Below, one piece after another: positions 1-13,839 of a DNA stretch of 64,000 bases. The notes under the pieces are model-generated. The model was not told the origin of the DNA and ran no database searches. It saw only the letters and a program-made list of their open reading frames with translations. The position numbers were made by a program, and so were the translations under genes. Location of the stretch: NCBI GenBank assembly GCA_013239625.1, contig MU053629.1, forward strand, positions 3,065,567 to 3,129,566, written 5' to 3'. Within the stretch, counting starts at the first letter, position 1. Each line of letters begins with the position of its first letter. The stretch is from Lama guanicoe (Eukaryota).

Positions 1-392
1 ATCTAGTGAAGGCAAAAAGCATATGACCTCGCCCTCACCTCACTGAAATCATCATTTTTAAATGTAATTTAAACCATCTGTCTTAGATTTTAAAAACTAA
101 CTTTTTATTCCATGGATGAAGAAAATATACAAGTGGAAACCATTATTTTCTCCATGGTATTTAAAAATAAACACCTTAACCTCTTTTTGAATGTTATTAT
201 GACATAAAATACAAACTTTATAAGTCTCCTGTTCAGCTTCTAAAACCTTTGCTTTAATGCTCATGTACCTTTAAGATTGTAAAAAAAACACACTTTCCTT
301 TCAATAAACACTATCCTTTTACAAGTAAGGCAAAGTATTCGGAATCCTTTCTTCAGATTAAATTACTTCCTTCAATTAAGTTATACACTTAC

Positions 393-493
393 ATTTTGCC
401 AGCTGCTGGTGCAAATTATTCAGTGTGTTCATCAGATTTTTACATGGTTTCTTTGGAAGTATCTTCCAGGCTACATTTTTCTTGTCACCAGTT
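393..493 (-). CDS. DENND4A: DENND4A coding exon 10 (101 nt)
   Basis: [33 protein letters not shown]; aatctcag acceptor, T|gtaagt donor. Confidence 0.95.
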
Positions 494-849
494 CTGAGAT
501 TAAATGACAATAATAATATATTTGTTAGGTGGGCCTTTTTTTGAGGGAGGTGTGGGTACATACCTGTTTTATATAAAAAGAGGAAAAAAAAACACACTGA
601 ACAAAAAATATTCTACATATAAAATATTTCAATTAACAGGAGAAAAATACTATAGGGGTAAATTGGAATATTTAATATTTAAAGATTAATTTATATAAGG
701 GTAGAATCTTCTACTAAATATAGCTCAAAAACTTATAATCATGTTTATATCAAGTCATTTCCACCTGCATTGATATCATGGAAACCACTACAAAACTTAA
801 TGTGGTGGTCATTACTCTTAAACTCACTTAAGAGTCTTTAGATACCTTT

Positions 850-1310
850 AAAAAAAAAAAAAAAACCAAAACCAAAAAAAAAAAATAAAATAAGAAAAAA
901 AAAAAAAAAAAAAAAAACGACAATTTGAAACAACATTGTAAAATGACTATAACTCAATAAAAAAATGTTAAAAAAAAAAAAAAGACAAATGAACTTAACT
1001 ACAAAACAGAAACTGACTCACAGACATAGAAGACAAACTTATGGTTACCGGGGGAAAGCAGGTAGGAAGGGATAAATTGGGAGTTTGAAGTTTGCAGATA
1101 CTAACTACTACATATAAAATAGATAAACAACAGGTTTTCTACTGTATTTCTCAGGGAACTATATTCAATATCTTGTAGTAACTTATAATGAAAAAAATGA
1201 AAATGAATATATGTATGTATATGTATGACTGAACTATTATGCTGTACACCAGAAATTGATACAATATTCTAAACTGACTATACTTCAATAAAAAAAGTAA
1301 AAAAAAAAAC
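850..1310 (+). mobile_element. LINE-1 3'-UTR fragment(s) with A-rich tracts
   Basis: Closely resembles the 3' end of the L1 at ~28420-28735 (ACAAAACAGAAAC..ACTCACAGACATAG...GACTATACTTCAATAAAA). Confidence 0.85.
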
Positions 1311-4291
1311 CACACTATCATTTCTGATAAGTTATAAACATGCTAATGATAAAAATAAAGATTTGTTTAAATTTTTCTTGAAATTAAACAACTAAACAGA
1401 AAACATAGATAAATTGAAGGCTAAAAAAAAAAGAGATTTTAAGACACCTTAATATTGGGAAAATCCTACTATAAAGAGATTTTTTTCTTACAGACTTTAA
1501 GAAAAGGCACTATAGAAGACTTTCAATGAACTTATGACCTAAAAAGCTTATCAAAACACTTTAGTATATTTAAATATTTAGTTTCTTAGTTCCCTAAAAA
1601 TGTAAGTAAAACTTAGTTTTGTTTCTTTCAGAAAAGAAATAATCTGTAATACTAGATTATTTGAATAAAGTTTAACATTCCAAAATACTTTTATAACTAT
1701 GAAAGAGGATATTTGCTTGAAAGTGATATCTTTGTTTCTATGATGAACTCCTATAATTTTCTTTATTACAACTATTACAACATAGCTGTTTTTTTTAACT
1801 ATATGTGGAGTCGGGGAAGAAAAGAGCATGGTGATAAAACATGATAAAGCTTCTGGACTTAACTATAGTTAAGCTTTGTTGATTCCATTCTTCATTTATT
1901 AGATCTTTTTTTTTCTATTTCAAAAGCAATACATATTCATTCTAAGAAACTTGAAAAATGAAGAGAAAAAAAAGAAGAAAAGTAAATCACTCATGTTCTA
2001 ACCACCAAAGACAACAACACAGCACAGGTGCAGAATGGAACTTGCTGAACTTTTTTGTAATGTTCCCTGAACTTCCCACAGAAGCAAAAGGGCAAATATC
2101 TCTTTGAAAACTAAACAAAGGAAAAAGAATGGATGGGAAAGCTTAAGCTGACAAAGAACAACTGTCTTGGAATCTTTCCTATCTTTCCACAAATGAGAAT
2201 ATAAAAATGCAGATAGGGCAGGGTCAAATTGCAGACGTCCTGCTACAAGGTTTTATTTCACTTATAGCGTGATCAGGACTAGGAATCCTGGATTACAGTG
2301 AGAATACAATGTAGAAACACTTTTTACATTATGTTCTTGCTAAAACTTTCAACACAGCACTCCCAATGAGCCTTCTCATCACTGTGTGCATGCCTGCCTT
2401 GCTAGACAAGATTATTAGCAACTAAAGAGAAAGGAGTGTACTTGGTTTATCCTTTTATTCTGTGTCTAGCAAAAGAAGGGTGCTTAAGAGAAGTCTGTAG
2501 CATAAATGAATGAACAATATCTTGGTTGCATTTCATTACATCAAATTACTGTTATTTACTCACATAATTTCCTCCTCTTGCCCCTGACATCTTCACTTTT
2601 AAACCTGGCTGGGGAGGAGAGTTTTATCTAGTGTCTGAGTCTGGATCTATATCAGCCTTCTGAATTTTTATTCATTGCGACTCCCATTTACAAGATTGCT
2701 ATTATGTAAGTTATATTATTATTATATAGTTACATTATTATTAGCCAATAATGAACGGCAGAAGTATTAGTTATGGAGTCAGACAGTGATGGTTTCAAAA
2801 TCAGTTCTGGCAGGATAAGTTATATGCCTTTTGACAGACTACTTAAAAATCTAAGCTTTGGTTTCCTTATCTGTCTTCCAGAGGGGTTAATAAAAACTAC
2901 CTCTGAAACTACAGAGAAAAATAAGAGACAGCTCAGGCTGTGCATACAGCTCTACCCCTAGAATATACTGGATAATGGTTTCTCTTTCTTCAGAAATGTC
3001 CTGACATTCATAACATACTCTTCATTATACATATTTATGAGCTAGAGAGAGGAAAAAGAAACCACAAATTTCATACTTAGGATTTCTTTTTCTTTCAAAT
3101 TTCAGGTTGAGACTCCAGAACTTTGGGATGAAGGAAAGCAGAAAGCTGTTAGTTCATTAGCTCAGTCCTCCCATAGGTTTGGAAGGGTGATGATACCAAG
3201 ATGGAAGACTACTGATCAGTGTAATCGACTCGCGTTTCTTTGATAGTAATCAAAGATTCTTAAGTAAATCAAAGATAAAATAATAAGGAAAAATTCTTTT
3301 AATAAACTGAGGAAAAGTACAAAAAGAGGGAAAATGTAATATATTACCATAATAAATATAATATATACTCATTTACCACCCTGAATTTCAATTTTTAAAA
3401 ACATTCTGTCATGTAACATTAACAACTGGCAAAAAAAAAAAAAGAGAGAGAGAGAGAGATACTACTTAAATATTTAAAGAATTAAGTATTCCTGGTAAAG
3501 AATGAAATGTTCATAGTAAAGAATCTTTGGCTCTATCCATCCTATGTATAAAATGGCTTTAATGCACAAAGTATGTCCCATGTTTTCTTGGTTAGGCTTC
3601 TGACAGCCACATGCTTTATAACAGAAAATTATTTTTTGCTGAACTCATCTAACGGTTCCAGCACTTGAGATTTTGACATATGACAAAACCAGAATTAAGT
3701 AAGATTTCAGAATTAAGTCAAAAGGCTTTAATATAAAACATGTTCATTTAAAAGTGGGAAAAAACCTATTTCACACAGACATATTTAAGTTGTAAAAGGT
3801 ATACTAGCTTTCGAGCTTTACTGATTAACTAACTCGTAGTTATTTTAAGTATGTCCTGTGGATGCAATGTGGTATTGCATCAGTTTCCTCTCCCCTGAAG
3901 AGCTTAAGTATGGTTAAACTGAAAATAAGGGATACAAGAGAAACACTGAATTTTCTTTAAAACTGTAAATATATGGCTCCAGTAGCTACAACTTAAATAT
4001 TACCCCAATAAAGAGAGAAAATTATAAAATCCTTACATTCCTTATATAAATTTCTAAGTAAGCCTAAGATCATAATGTTTCTTAAATATTTAAAGATCTG
4101 TGGATTAAACCCTTCACTAATAAACTATCCCACCAAAGTATAGCAAGAACTGATTCAAAGATGGTAAAAATCCTAAATATAAAAACAATATAGCTCAAAG
4201 AAATTCCTGTTAGTATTCACAAAACATACAATTACATACATATATTACAAAGTTGTAAATTACTGGGTGTAGAATCACTAAAATGTACTTA

Positions 4292-4522
<231 letters not shown>

Positions 4523-4725
4523 TCATCAGCACACACACTGAGTTGTCTTTTAAATATTTATACCCAAAGTAGCCTAATGCTTGTTAAATCATTACAACTA
4601 CTGTTAGTGGTCAGAAAATTGAAGTTCATTACTCTGAATTTTAGTTAAGCATTAAAATAGCTTCAAATTATATGAATAATTAGGCTTAAAACAAAACTGA
4701 TTGCCAATAAGAAACTGATACTCAC

Positions 4726-4870
4726 AGACACTAATGCTTCTGTCACACTGGTAAGCACAGAAGGCCGTAGGGAATGAATGAGAATCTTATGTTCTGTTAC
4801 TGCAAACACCAGTAGTGTCACAGCATTTTCAGGACCTAAATTCTGAAGTAGTGTTGAAAACTTGCCACCA
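4726..4870 (-). CDS. DENND4A: DENND4A coding exon 8 (145 nt, cDENN)
   Basis: [48 protein letters not shown]; ttgacag acceptor, TCT|gtgagt donor. Confidence 0.96.
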
Positions 4871-5554
4871 CTGTCAATCCAAACAAAAACATATAATTAA
4901 AAAAATAAAGATCCAAACACCTCACTATCCAAAATAATGAAGAAAAGTTCATGATTAGAGTAGGATTTATACTGTATATTCAACTTTAAACACGACTGCT
5001 GCTCTTATATAGGGAAAACACTGCATCAGAAACACACTATGAAAACAAAGTTTTCTGAGGTTTTGAAATCATTTGATATTTCTGCATTATATTCAATACG
5101 GAAAATGAAAAGTCATCTGCTTCATTTTATATAAAAAGATCTGCCATGTAGGTAACATTCAAATAAAAAAGTCAATTTCTAAGAGAAATGCTTTGATTGG
5201 AAGCAAATCGGTTAATGGAAATCTCAACATGGCTTATCTTCTACTGTAATTATCAGAAAAATTCCATGAACCTTAAGATAAATACTCATCTTAAAATTTG
5301 GATACACAAATAGCTAGATTTCTTTACTACTGAAAGAAAGTAGTAGTATCAAGAGCTACCCAGTGATGTAACAAGCCATGTATACAAAGTAAATTAATAA
5401 CAAAAACTTAAACATTCTGCATGTTAATGAAATAGTAGATTAACAAAGTAAACAGTTCAGTAAGCCAACCAGTATTTTGTGTTTATAATGCCAAATTATT
5501 GGCTTCACTGAATTAACTTTTTTTAAAATAAAGCAAAACTAATTAAGTCTCTTG

Positions 5555-5785
5555 GAGAAATAAAAACATATGTCCACAAAAAAACTCGTGCATGTTCATA
5601 GCAGCCAAAATGACACATGCCAACTGATAGAGGGTAACTGCTAAAGGGTACAAGGTTTTTTTTTTTGGAGAAAATGTTCTAAAATTGAATATAGAGATAG
5701 CTGCAGAACTCTGAATACAATCATTGAATTGTATGGTATGTGAATTATATATCAATAAAACCACTACCAAAAAAAAAAAAGAAGA
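5555..5785 (+). mobile_element. L1M 3'-end fragment
   Basis: AAAACATATGTCCACA...ATGTTCATAGCAGC and TGTGAATTATATATCAATAAA + A tail. Confidence 0.7.
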
Positions 5786-6527
5786 AGAAGCTTCTTGGGT
5801 AATTTAGAATCATTTTTACATAGTCTCAGTCAGTATTTCTAGTTTATTTTCAGCTCACACAAAGGTTAAGAAAACACTAGTCACATTGGGTTGAGACCTG
5901 GTGATGAAATAATCTGCAATTCTTACAAAATTAATGTCAAAGATGGCAGCTGGTCTCCCTTAGGTATGTGCTACAAAATAATTGAATTATACTGTAACTA
6001 TTTCCCTGCTAGAAAAATTACACAGCTAATTAAACTTTAAGAAAAAATGATACTTTAGAAAAAACATATTTCAAAATTTCTGTGAACTTTTAAGGTGATG
6101 AAATACACTGTTCTATTCCGTGGTTTAATATTTATAAGTATGTTTTCACTTAGGGGTTAAATTTAAAATTAATTGCATTTAAAAAAATAAATTAAAAATA
6201 AAATTAATTGCATATGACTGTTCTTCAGAGGATAAGCTAAAAATAATTGTTTTCATTATCTACATAAATATATATATACCTCTTTATGTAATTGTAAGTA
6301 CTTGATCATAATAAATGGACACACAAAATACCAAACGCTATTGTAAAAGTTTTTGTTTTCTTTAAGACCTTCAACCTAAATATTAAGTAAAAGAAATTTA
6401 GATAAGAAACAATTAAGTAAGAAGTATTTCCATCAACATTTGAAATTTTACTTAGGAAAGAGAGAAAATACTTGAATGTTACTTTAGCTCACACTAGATT
6501 TAGAGAAACAAGTGAAGCTTTACTTGC

Positions 6528-6586
6528 CTTAGCGGAAGAGGTGAAGAAACAGGCTGACTGAGAATCAGATTATCATGTGGTGATAA
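6528..6586 (-). CDS. DENND4A: DENND4A coding exon 7 (59 nt), GC donor
   Basis: LSPHDNLILSQPVSSPLPL; tctttcag acceptor, AAG|gcaagt donor; frame joins next exon as Ser AG|T. Confidence 0.92.
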
Positions 6587-6887
6587 CTGAAAGAAGATTT
6601 AAAGCATTTGAAATATAAACTTTAAAACACTACTTTCTGGTAAAAAAAAATATAGATAGATAGATAGATAGGTAGATGCCAATAAAGTTTCAATATCCCC
6701 ACTCACCAGGATAGAAACTGTCTATATCACTAAGATCCTGAAAAATATGTCCTGACGGCTGACCTCTTCTAAACACTAACAAGTCTTCTTACTTTGAACT
6801 CTCTCTCTTCTGTTTCTCAGCATTTCCCTGATGCCATTTTAACAAATCTGTATTGAAAGACTAAATTATTCATTTAATACCATAAAA

Positions 6888-7109
6888 CCAGGGTTACCAA
6901 TTCTATGGCCTCAGGGCAAATCCATAGGGTACCCGTTTTTATAAATAAAGTCTTTCTGAAACACAGATATGAGCATCTGTTTACGTATTAGCTATAGCTG
7001 CTTTTGTGCAATGAAAGCAGAGCTGAGTAGTTTCAGAGAGACAGTATGGCCTGTAAAGACTGAGTATTTACTATTTTGTCCTCAAAAGAAAAAAACTTGC
7101 CAACTTCTG
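6888..7109 (+). mobile_element. hAT-Charlie MITE (MER58A-like)
   Basis: CAGGG...TTGCCAACTTCTG termini, GTTTTTATAAATAAAGT core, ~8-bp flanking repeat C(C/T)ATAAAA. Confidence 0.7.
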
Positions 7110-7968
7110 CTATAAAACAAACCTTTTATATATATTTAAACTGAGTGTGCTATACATATATTCTGGCACCAAATACCAAGAAGTAAGACAGAGGTGGTAT
7201 GTGCACACTCCTTTTATAAAGCTTATCAAAAATGATATTTTTCTAGACATTTTATCTGTATCAATTTAATAATGCAATTATTTAAATCTACATTTTCAAA
7301 TTTATGTGGATTCACACAGGTTTGTAGACATTATTTACCAACTGATTTCTAATTTTGAATGCTACTCCATTAAGGGCTGTGTTAAATACAGTGAGGCATA
7401 TAGAGTGATAATACATGAAATATTTTCTCTATACAAATCACTTATAAATGATTAAATAGAGAGACAACTTACATATCAAGAGCACAAAGAAAAAAGAAAA
7501 AAAGGAAAGACAAAGCCAACTGGGAAAAGAGATAGGGAAAAGAATTTATGTTCACTTTAAACTTCTCCCTGTCACAAAGGTATGAGCAATCCTTCCTGCA
7601 ATATATGAAAACACACAACTTTTTCTTACATCTATTCTAATACATTTAACTTAGGGAATAAATGCCAAAGGCACAAATTTTCAAATACCTAGAACAAGCA
7701 GGGAAAGAAGTCCCTTTTTGTGTGTTCAAAATGTCTACTGCTGTCTGCTGTTTAAACTCTGCAAGCCTTTATTTAAGAGGCAACACTAGATGTCTGCCTG
7801 GGAGGCAGTTAACAAAACCATAAGGGTCCAAACTCCAACATGAAATAACATCTGGTTCTCTTTTGATTTCATTTTGATTCTTCCCCCCATATACAATTGT
7901 TAGTCTTGTGTTACAGTCTCACAGAGTCAATAATCATTCAACAGAGCCTTCTATTGAGGAAATCTTAC

Positions 7969-8035
7969 CTGAACTAAAATCCTTGGTCTCTGAGGAGATG
8001 GAAAAGGAACTTTATGCATAAAATGAGAAATATGC
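7969..8035 (-). CDS. DENND4A: DENND4A coding exon 6 (67 nt)
   Basis: [22 protein letters not shown]; ttttaag acceptor, CAG|gtaaga donor. Confidence 0.95.
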
Positions 8036-8934
8036 CTTAAAAACAAACAAACAAAAACCCAATTGATTCCAAAGCAAATACCATATGCTATAAAGGGCAA
8101 CATGTCACAAGTCCGGACTGAGTCAAAAGCTCTGTGTACCTTAATTTTGAAATATCTGCTACTACAAAAAAAAGTGAACTAACGAGCAAAAACCATTTGT
8201 CCCATTAAAGTTGTTTCCATCTAAATCCCATAACTTTTCATATTAATACTTTCTCACATTCAACAATGTTTGTGTTATTAATGTCTCAAAAGCCGTTTTA
8301 ACTTTTACCTCTCCGTAAGTAGATAACAAACAACATACCAGAGATGTGGACTCTGTCAAAGAAGAGTATTGCATTGTAATATACTTGTTAGTCAATTGCT
8401 CATATTTTAAAAGTGAAACAATCATTTAGAGTACTCCAGAAAAAAGAGCTTAACTGTTTCTAAAATATGAACAATATACTTTCTATTAACAACAGTTAAA
8501 AATTCTGTTGCTGATTTTACAGATTTTTTCCTGGAAGAAAATAGATAAAAAGTTAGATTGATGAGTTTTGTTTTGAACACTATGGAAACGAAAAAAGGCA
8601 ACAATAGTGAAAAGTCCTTTTTTTTGGAATGGGGGGTTCTGCATGCTTTTGTTTTAAATTGCTTCAGAATCATCTTGGTTTCAGAACTGAGATGATTTCA
8701 ATTGGATAGAGAACAGAAGAGAAAATTATTAATTCTACAAACATGTTTTGACGATGTGCTATACGTAAGGCACTGTAATACATGATAGGAATTACTTTAA
8801 AAAGGCATATACTATCAGCTTCTACCATTAAGGTACTCGCAATCTAAGGAAACGAAAAGAAAAGGGGAATGAGTTCCAAAGGACTCACATCTGCTTGAAT
8901 TACATGAAGTAGTTAGAACAGCAGAAAACAAAAT

Positions 8935-10290
8935 GTAATCCACAAATACCTAACGATCCCCAAAGCCCCTTCAGGGAAGATCCACAAGGTTAAAAATATT
9001 TTATTTTATGTTTATAATAATACTAAGACACTAACTGCCTTTTTCACTGGGTTGACATTTGCGCTGATAATGCAAAAATTGTGGATAAAACTGCTAGCAC
9101 TTTACTATGAATCAAAGCAGTGGCACCAAACTGTATTAGTAGTTGTTGTATTCAGTTTCACTTAAAAATGTCTTGGATGAAGCAGTAAATATTATTAACT
9201 TTATTGTATTTTGATCCTGTAGTGTATACTTAAAAAAATAATCAGTGTGATGAAAGGGGAAGAAAGCACAAAGCACTGGTGCTGTATGCAGGAGTAAGAC
9301 AGTTGTCTTGAGGAAAAGAATTTGTTTGACTGAGTTGTAAATGAATTAGCTGGGTTTCCCATCCCCACCCCCACAGAATGCCATTTTTCCTTGAAAGAAT
9401 GATTGACAAATTAAGATTATCCAATACTGGATATTCAGAAGGTAACTTCTATATCAGAATGAATGGTGAGCCTATTGCGTCAAGAAAAATAAGTCATGGC
9501 ACTCGCTGCCAATAATTAAAGCTTTCAAGTGAAAATTAAAATCTTACCACCATGAACCTGACAATTTCTCAATACTCAAATTTTTCTGATGAGATAGGTG
9601 GTGATATTAACAAATACGGTTTTTTAAATTTTGATAATGAAATATATCTATGTTAACTCAGTGAATCAGTATTTTCCAAATGACCAATGTATGATGCTAC
9701 AAAATCATGCATGTGTAAAAATTTCATACAGACCAATAGATTTTAACACAACAGAGAAAGAAAGTTCATCACTAAAATTTTAGATTACAAATTGCAAGTA
9801 ACATACAGTAAATAACACTTGTCAAGTTGGATGCCAGTGTTAAAAAAGAAAATCCACAATTTTCTCAAAAAACTATTCAAATGCCCTCCCATTTTCACCC
9901 ACATATTTGTGTGCAGCCAGGTTTTTTTTTTCATTTACTTCAACCAAAACAACGTATTGCAACAGACTGAATGCACAAGCATATATGAGAGCCTAGCTAT
10001 GTTCAATTAAGCCAGACATTCGAGATTTGCAAAAAATTATAAAACAATGTCACTCTTCTAACTTTTATTTGTTTGTTTTGGAAAAAGGTTATTTTTCAAA
10101 AAGAGATATTCATGTTAACATGCTACAGGTTTAAAAAAATAAAATTAATAAATGTTTTTAAAGTTCTCAGTTCTAATTTCTAATATAATACTGACAGATA
10201 GAACGCATAAAGAAAAGCTTCTTGGTGGGGGGGTCCTCATTTTGTAAGCGCTTAAAGTGGTCCTGGAAACAAAAAATTTGAGAACTGTTG
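8935..10290. mobile_element. Charlie1-like hAT DNA transposon remnant
   Basis: Motifs GAATCAAAGCAGTGGCACCAAACTGT and TATTTTCCAAATGACCAATG; ends TTTGAGAACTGTTG. Confidence 0.65.
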
Positions 10291-10952
10291 GATTAGACCA
10301 CTGAGATGAGAGCAGAAAAGTGCAAGGAGAAATTAAAGAGTCATACTGTTGACTGAATGTTCTTATGGTAATTCCATCACTTTCAACTGTCATTAGAGTC
10401 AGAATTCTGCCTAAGAACACACAGAGCTTAAGTAACAGAAGGGATAAACGCTAGTCAAATAGACAGTGGTGATGTTTAGATCTCATGTGCATCAGATCTT
10501 ACTGCATTAAAGCTTACTCAGTTTTAGAGATCTTAAAGTAAATCACTGAAATTTTAAAAAGAATTAAAAACGCATGTATCTCATTTTTCCTTTAAATTCA
10601 TATTATCTAAAAATACTATGAAATACTTTCAAAGGTTCACAATAGACCCAAACTACATGTAAAATAACAATTACAAAACCTGTTAAAAAAAAAATTCCAA
10701 TCAGGATCTCCAAACTTTGCAACAGCATCAAATGCTGAAACATTCCATCTTGTTAAAGATAAAATGATTGAAAAAAACAAAAATGTAAAAGTGTAACAGA
10801 GAAATATAACCACACTGAAACCACCTTTCTCTTTTTCAAATAACTCTTGAAAAAGAGAGTATCCATATAAAATTTACTCAATTACCAGTACAAATATATC
10901 ACACATAATGGAAAGAGCTACCAAACTTTGGACCAAGAAGGTTCTAACTTAC

Positions 10953-11194
10953 TTCTCAATTGGAAGGACATGAGGTCCAGAGATGGAATAACGGTACAGG
11001 AAAGTCAGAAACTTCCTGAATGCATCAAAAAAAGGCCAATGAGAAAGAAGACAGATGCATTTATTAGTGTGAATTGTTTTGGAACTGTCAGACTTCTCGT
11101 CTGCTGATGATGCTAAACCCAACAGAAATCTCTGTTTTTCCGTGAGATTCTCCTCAGGGTATGGTTCATAAAACTGAATAGCAGCACCATAGAC
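10953..11194 (-). CDS. DENND4A: DENND4A coding exon 5 (242 nt, uDENN)
   Basis: [12 protein letters not shown]...[10 protein letters not shown]; tttttcag acceptor, AA|gtaagt donor. Confidence 0.97.
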
Positions 11195-11949
11195 CTGAAA
11201 AACAAGTAATATATTTAATAAATACACCTTACAGCATTTATTCCAATCACATCATTAGTTAACTATTTAATGGATGAGCCCTTATGAGCCATTATATGCC
11301 CACGAGCTAGGCAAGGTGCCAGGTACCAGAAACACGTTGTTAAATAGATACCCTTGCTTTCCTGAAGTACATGGAAACAAACACTACACAGTGCTACTCT
11401 CACAATCTCCTTATTATTGAAAAAAAAAAGCCATTTAATTAAATTGCATTAGTTTAGAAAGAGTTGCTTTTACAGCAATTGTATCAACATATTCTATAGG
11501 AAAATAATTTATTATAATTATTTAGTAGACAAGAGGACAGAATTTTACATATGGAAATACCAATTTCGACTTCAGGCAATTCACTGAATTTCTCTGGATC
11601 TCAATTTCCCAATATATATTTAATGAAGACAGTAGACTAGATGATTTCCAAAGTCCATTCCAATTATAACAGTCTATGATTCTAAACAGCACTGCATATT
11701 TAATAATGTCTTTTGTATTACTTTCAAAGCATCTGTATCACCGAAAATGAAGCAATTAAGGATCATCATGTGATGATGAAAAATCTTTCTCCATATTCAC
11801 AAAAAAGCATTTGGGTATATGGGACAGAATGAAAATTCTCTTTGCCTATGTCTTTGGATATAGTTACCTCAACCAAATGGAAGAGGTGTGCATAATAGAT
11901 TCAATTTTACCAGTTAATTTTTTCCATTGTTCCTTGCACTATATAAAAC

Positions 11950-12198
11950 TTAATACTTGAAAATGTAAAGAAATCTGCAAATATCACTTGTTAACCATTT
12001 AATATCTTTTCAGCTGAGGCTCCAGTTAACACTAAAGTAGAAAAGACAGGTAGAGGGTATTTGCTGTTTGGTGTTAATACTTGAAAATGTAAAAGAAGTT
12101 TGCAGATATCACTTGTTAACCATATAATACCTTTTCAGCTGAGGCTCCAGTTAACACAAAAGTAGAAAAGACAGGTAGAGGGTATTTGCTATTTGGTG
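11950..12198. repeat. Tandem duplication (124 + 125 bp) covering the 3' half and donor of coding exon 4
   Basis: Copies 11950-12073 and 12074-12198 differ by 7 substitutions and 1 indel by my count. Confidence 0.95.
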
Positions 12199-12300
12199 GC
12201 CAACATTCAATAGTTGCACCCATTGGTAAACAAAATAGGGGAACAGATTCTGGGAGTGAGAAGGATTCATAGTCTTCTTGAGGGTATCTACAAATTAGAC
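12131..12300 (-). CDS. DENND4A: DENND4A coding exon 4 (170 nt, uDENN)
   Basis: [56 protein letters not shown]; ctttatag acceptor, AAG|gtatta donor; cumulative 801 nt. Confidence 0.95.
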
Positions 12301-13708
12301 CTATAAAGACAATAATAAATATTAGCTCATCATTTCTTGAATCTGGGTCCTCGTAATTTGAATGATTTTAAAATGCTTTATTATTTAACACACTTGGAAG
12401 ACAAAACATTACATTATGTTCATCAAGTAACTGTGAACGCTTTAGTAGGATACATACAGACTAATCTTCAAACTATTCATATTAACTGCTTAATATTTAT
12501 CAAACTTCATCCATAAAAGTTAAGTAAGGCAAATAAGAAAAAAATCACTCTAAAGAAACATACACAAATAAACACACTCCTGAAAATTCATTTTGTGGTC
12601 ACACTACCTTAAAGCATAATATGTTATTTTTTAAAAAATTTCAATATGGTTACCTACATATATCTACTTCATTAGCTTTCAGTAACTTTCCCTCAGGGTT
12701 TTTTTTTTTTTCACACGTTAAAATAGATATTCCATAGGACTATATATGTAATTTCTGCCATAAATACAAGAAAAATACATATAAAAAATGGAAGAGTCAC
12801 ATATTTACAATGTCTTCAAAATAGTATCAACTTAAGCTTGGCTTCTGAATAATTTTAGGTTATATGACGTTTCAAGTGGCCTTAATTTTATGTTAAATAG
12901 ATGAGTCTAGAAAGTGGTCTAGGCATCTTCTATTGAACACATCCTAAGAACAAAGTCTTATATTAGATTTTGTGAGACTGGAAACAGAAAATAGGTTCCC
13001 CTACCTTGAACCCTTAGTCAAGTGGAAGCCATCACCAGACAAGAAGTTAAATATAAAATGATAAAACAGGAAATATAAATGATTGCCCTGCCACTAATAT
13101 CAGTTTGACTCTGGACAAATCATAAATCTAAGGGCTCGGGTTTTTGCATCTATAAAGTGAGATGAACTAGATATACTAAGGTCCAAGGCAGTTCTAAAAT
13201 CCTCTAATTATATGCTTGGCAGCCAGTTTGAATCCCATGAGGATTTACAGTTAATTGTCCATTACTCTCTCAAGTCATGAAGTAACAGTACAGCCTCTAA
13301 GAAACTACAGAAATAGTGATGAATTGTGGATCCTAGAAAATCACAGGTAGAAGAAAAAGGTAGGAGTCTAGACATTAACTTTAAAAATATATTTTTAAAA
13401 AGCTGTATCTGCTCTTTTGTAAATAATACCGATATGTTTGAAATTTTGAGGTTTCTGGCGATTGAAAATTTCAATGCATTATAAAATCACAAATTAGTTT
13501 ACAATATTTCAGATTATTTTGTAACATAATTACATATAAACTATAAATTTGACTAAATTTAATATAAATATTAAGAAAACATTAATTTAAAAGGAAAATA
13601 AACATTTTCCCACATTTTCTATTGATTCAAAAACTTACAGAGAACAGTATCTACTTTTTTTTAAACCTAAAAAAACCCTGTCTTCTTTTCAAATTAATGT
13701 TTTATTGT

Positions 13709-13839
13709 GGGGGAGGTTATAGCTCAAGTGGTAGAGAGCATGCTTAGCATGCATGAGGTCCTGGGTTCAACCCCCAGTACCTCCACTGAAAAACCAAATA
13801 AATAAACCTAATTACCTACCCCTTGCAAAAAAAAAAAAA
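13709..13839 (+). mobile_element. tRNA-derived SINE (camelid Vic-1-like)
   Basis: A box TAGCTCAAGTGG, B box GGGTTCAACCCC, polyA tail, approximate TSD AAATT(T)AATGTT. Confidence 0.85.

Noticed and set aside
12006..12073. Duplicated exon half as a mutually exclusive alternative exon
   Set aside because: It lacks its own acceptor and its donor is AT, so it cannot be spliced as a normal exon
13709..13790. tRNA gene
   Set aside because: A/B boxes belong to a SINE with polyA tail and TSD; no intact cloverleaf evident
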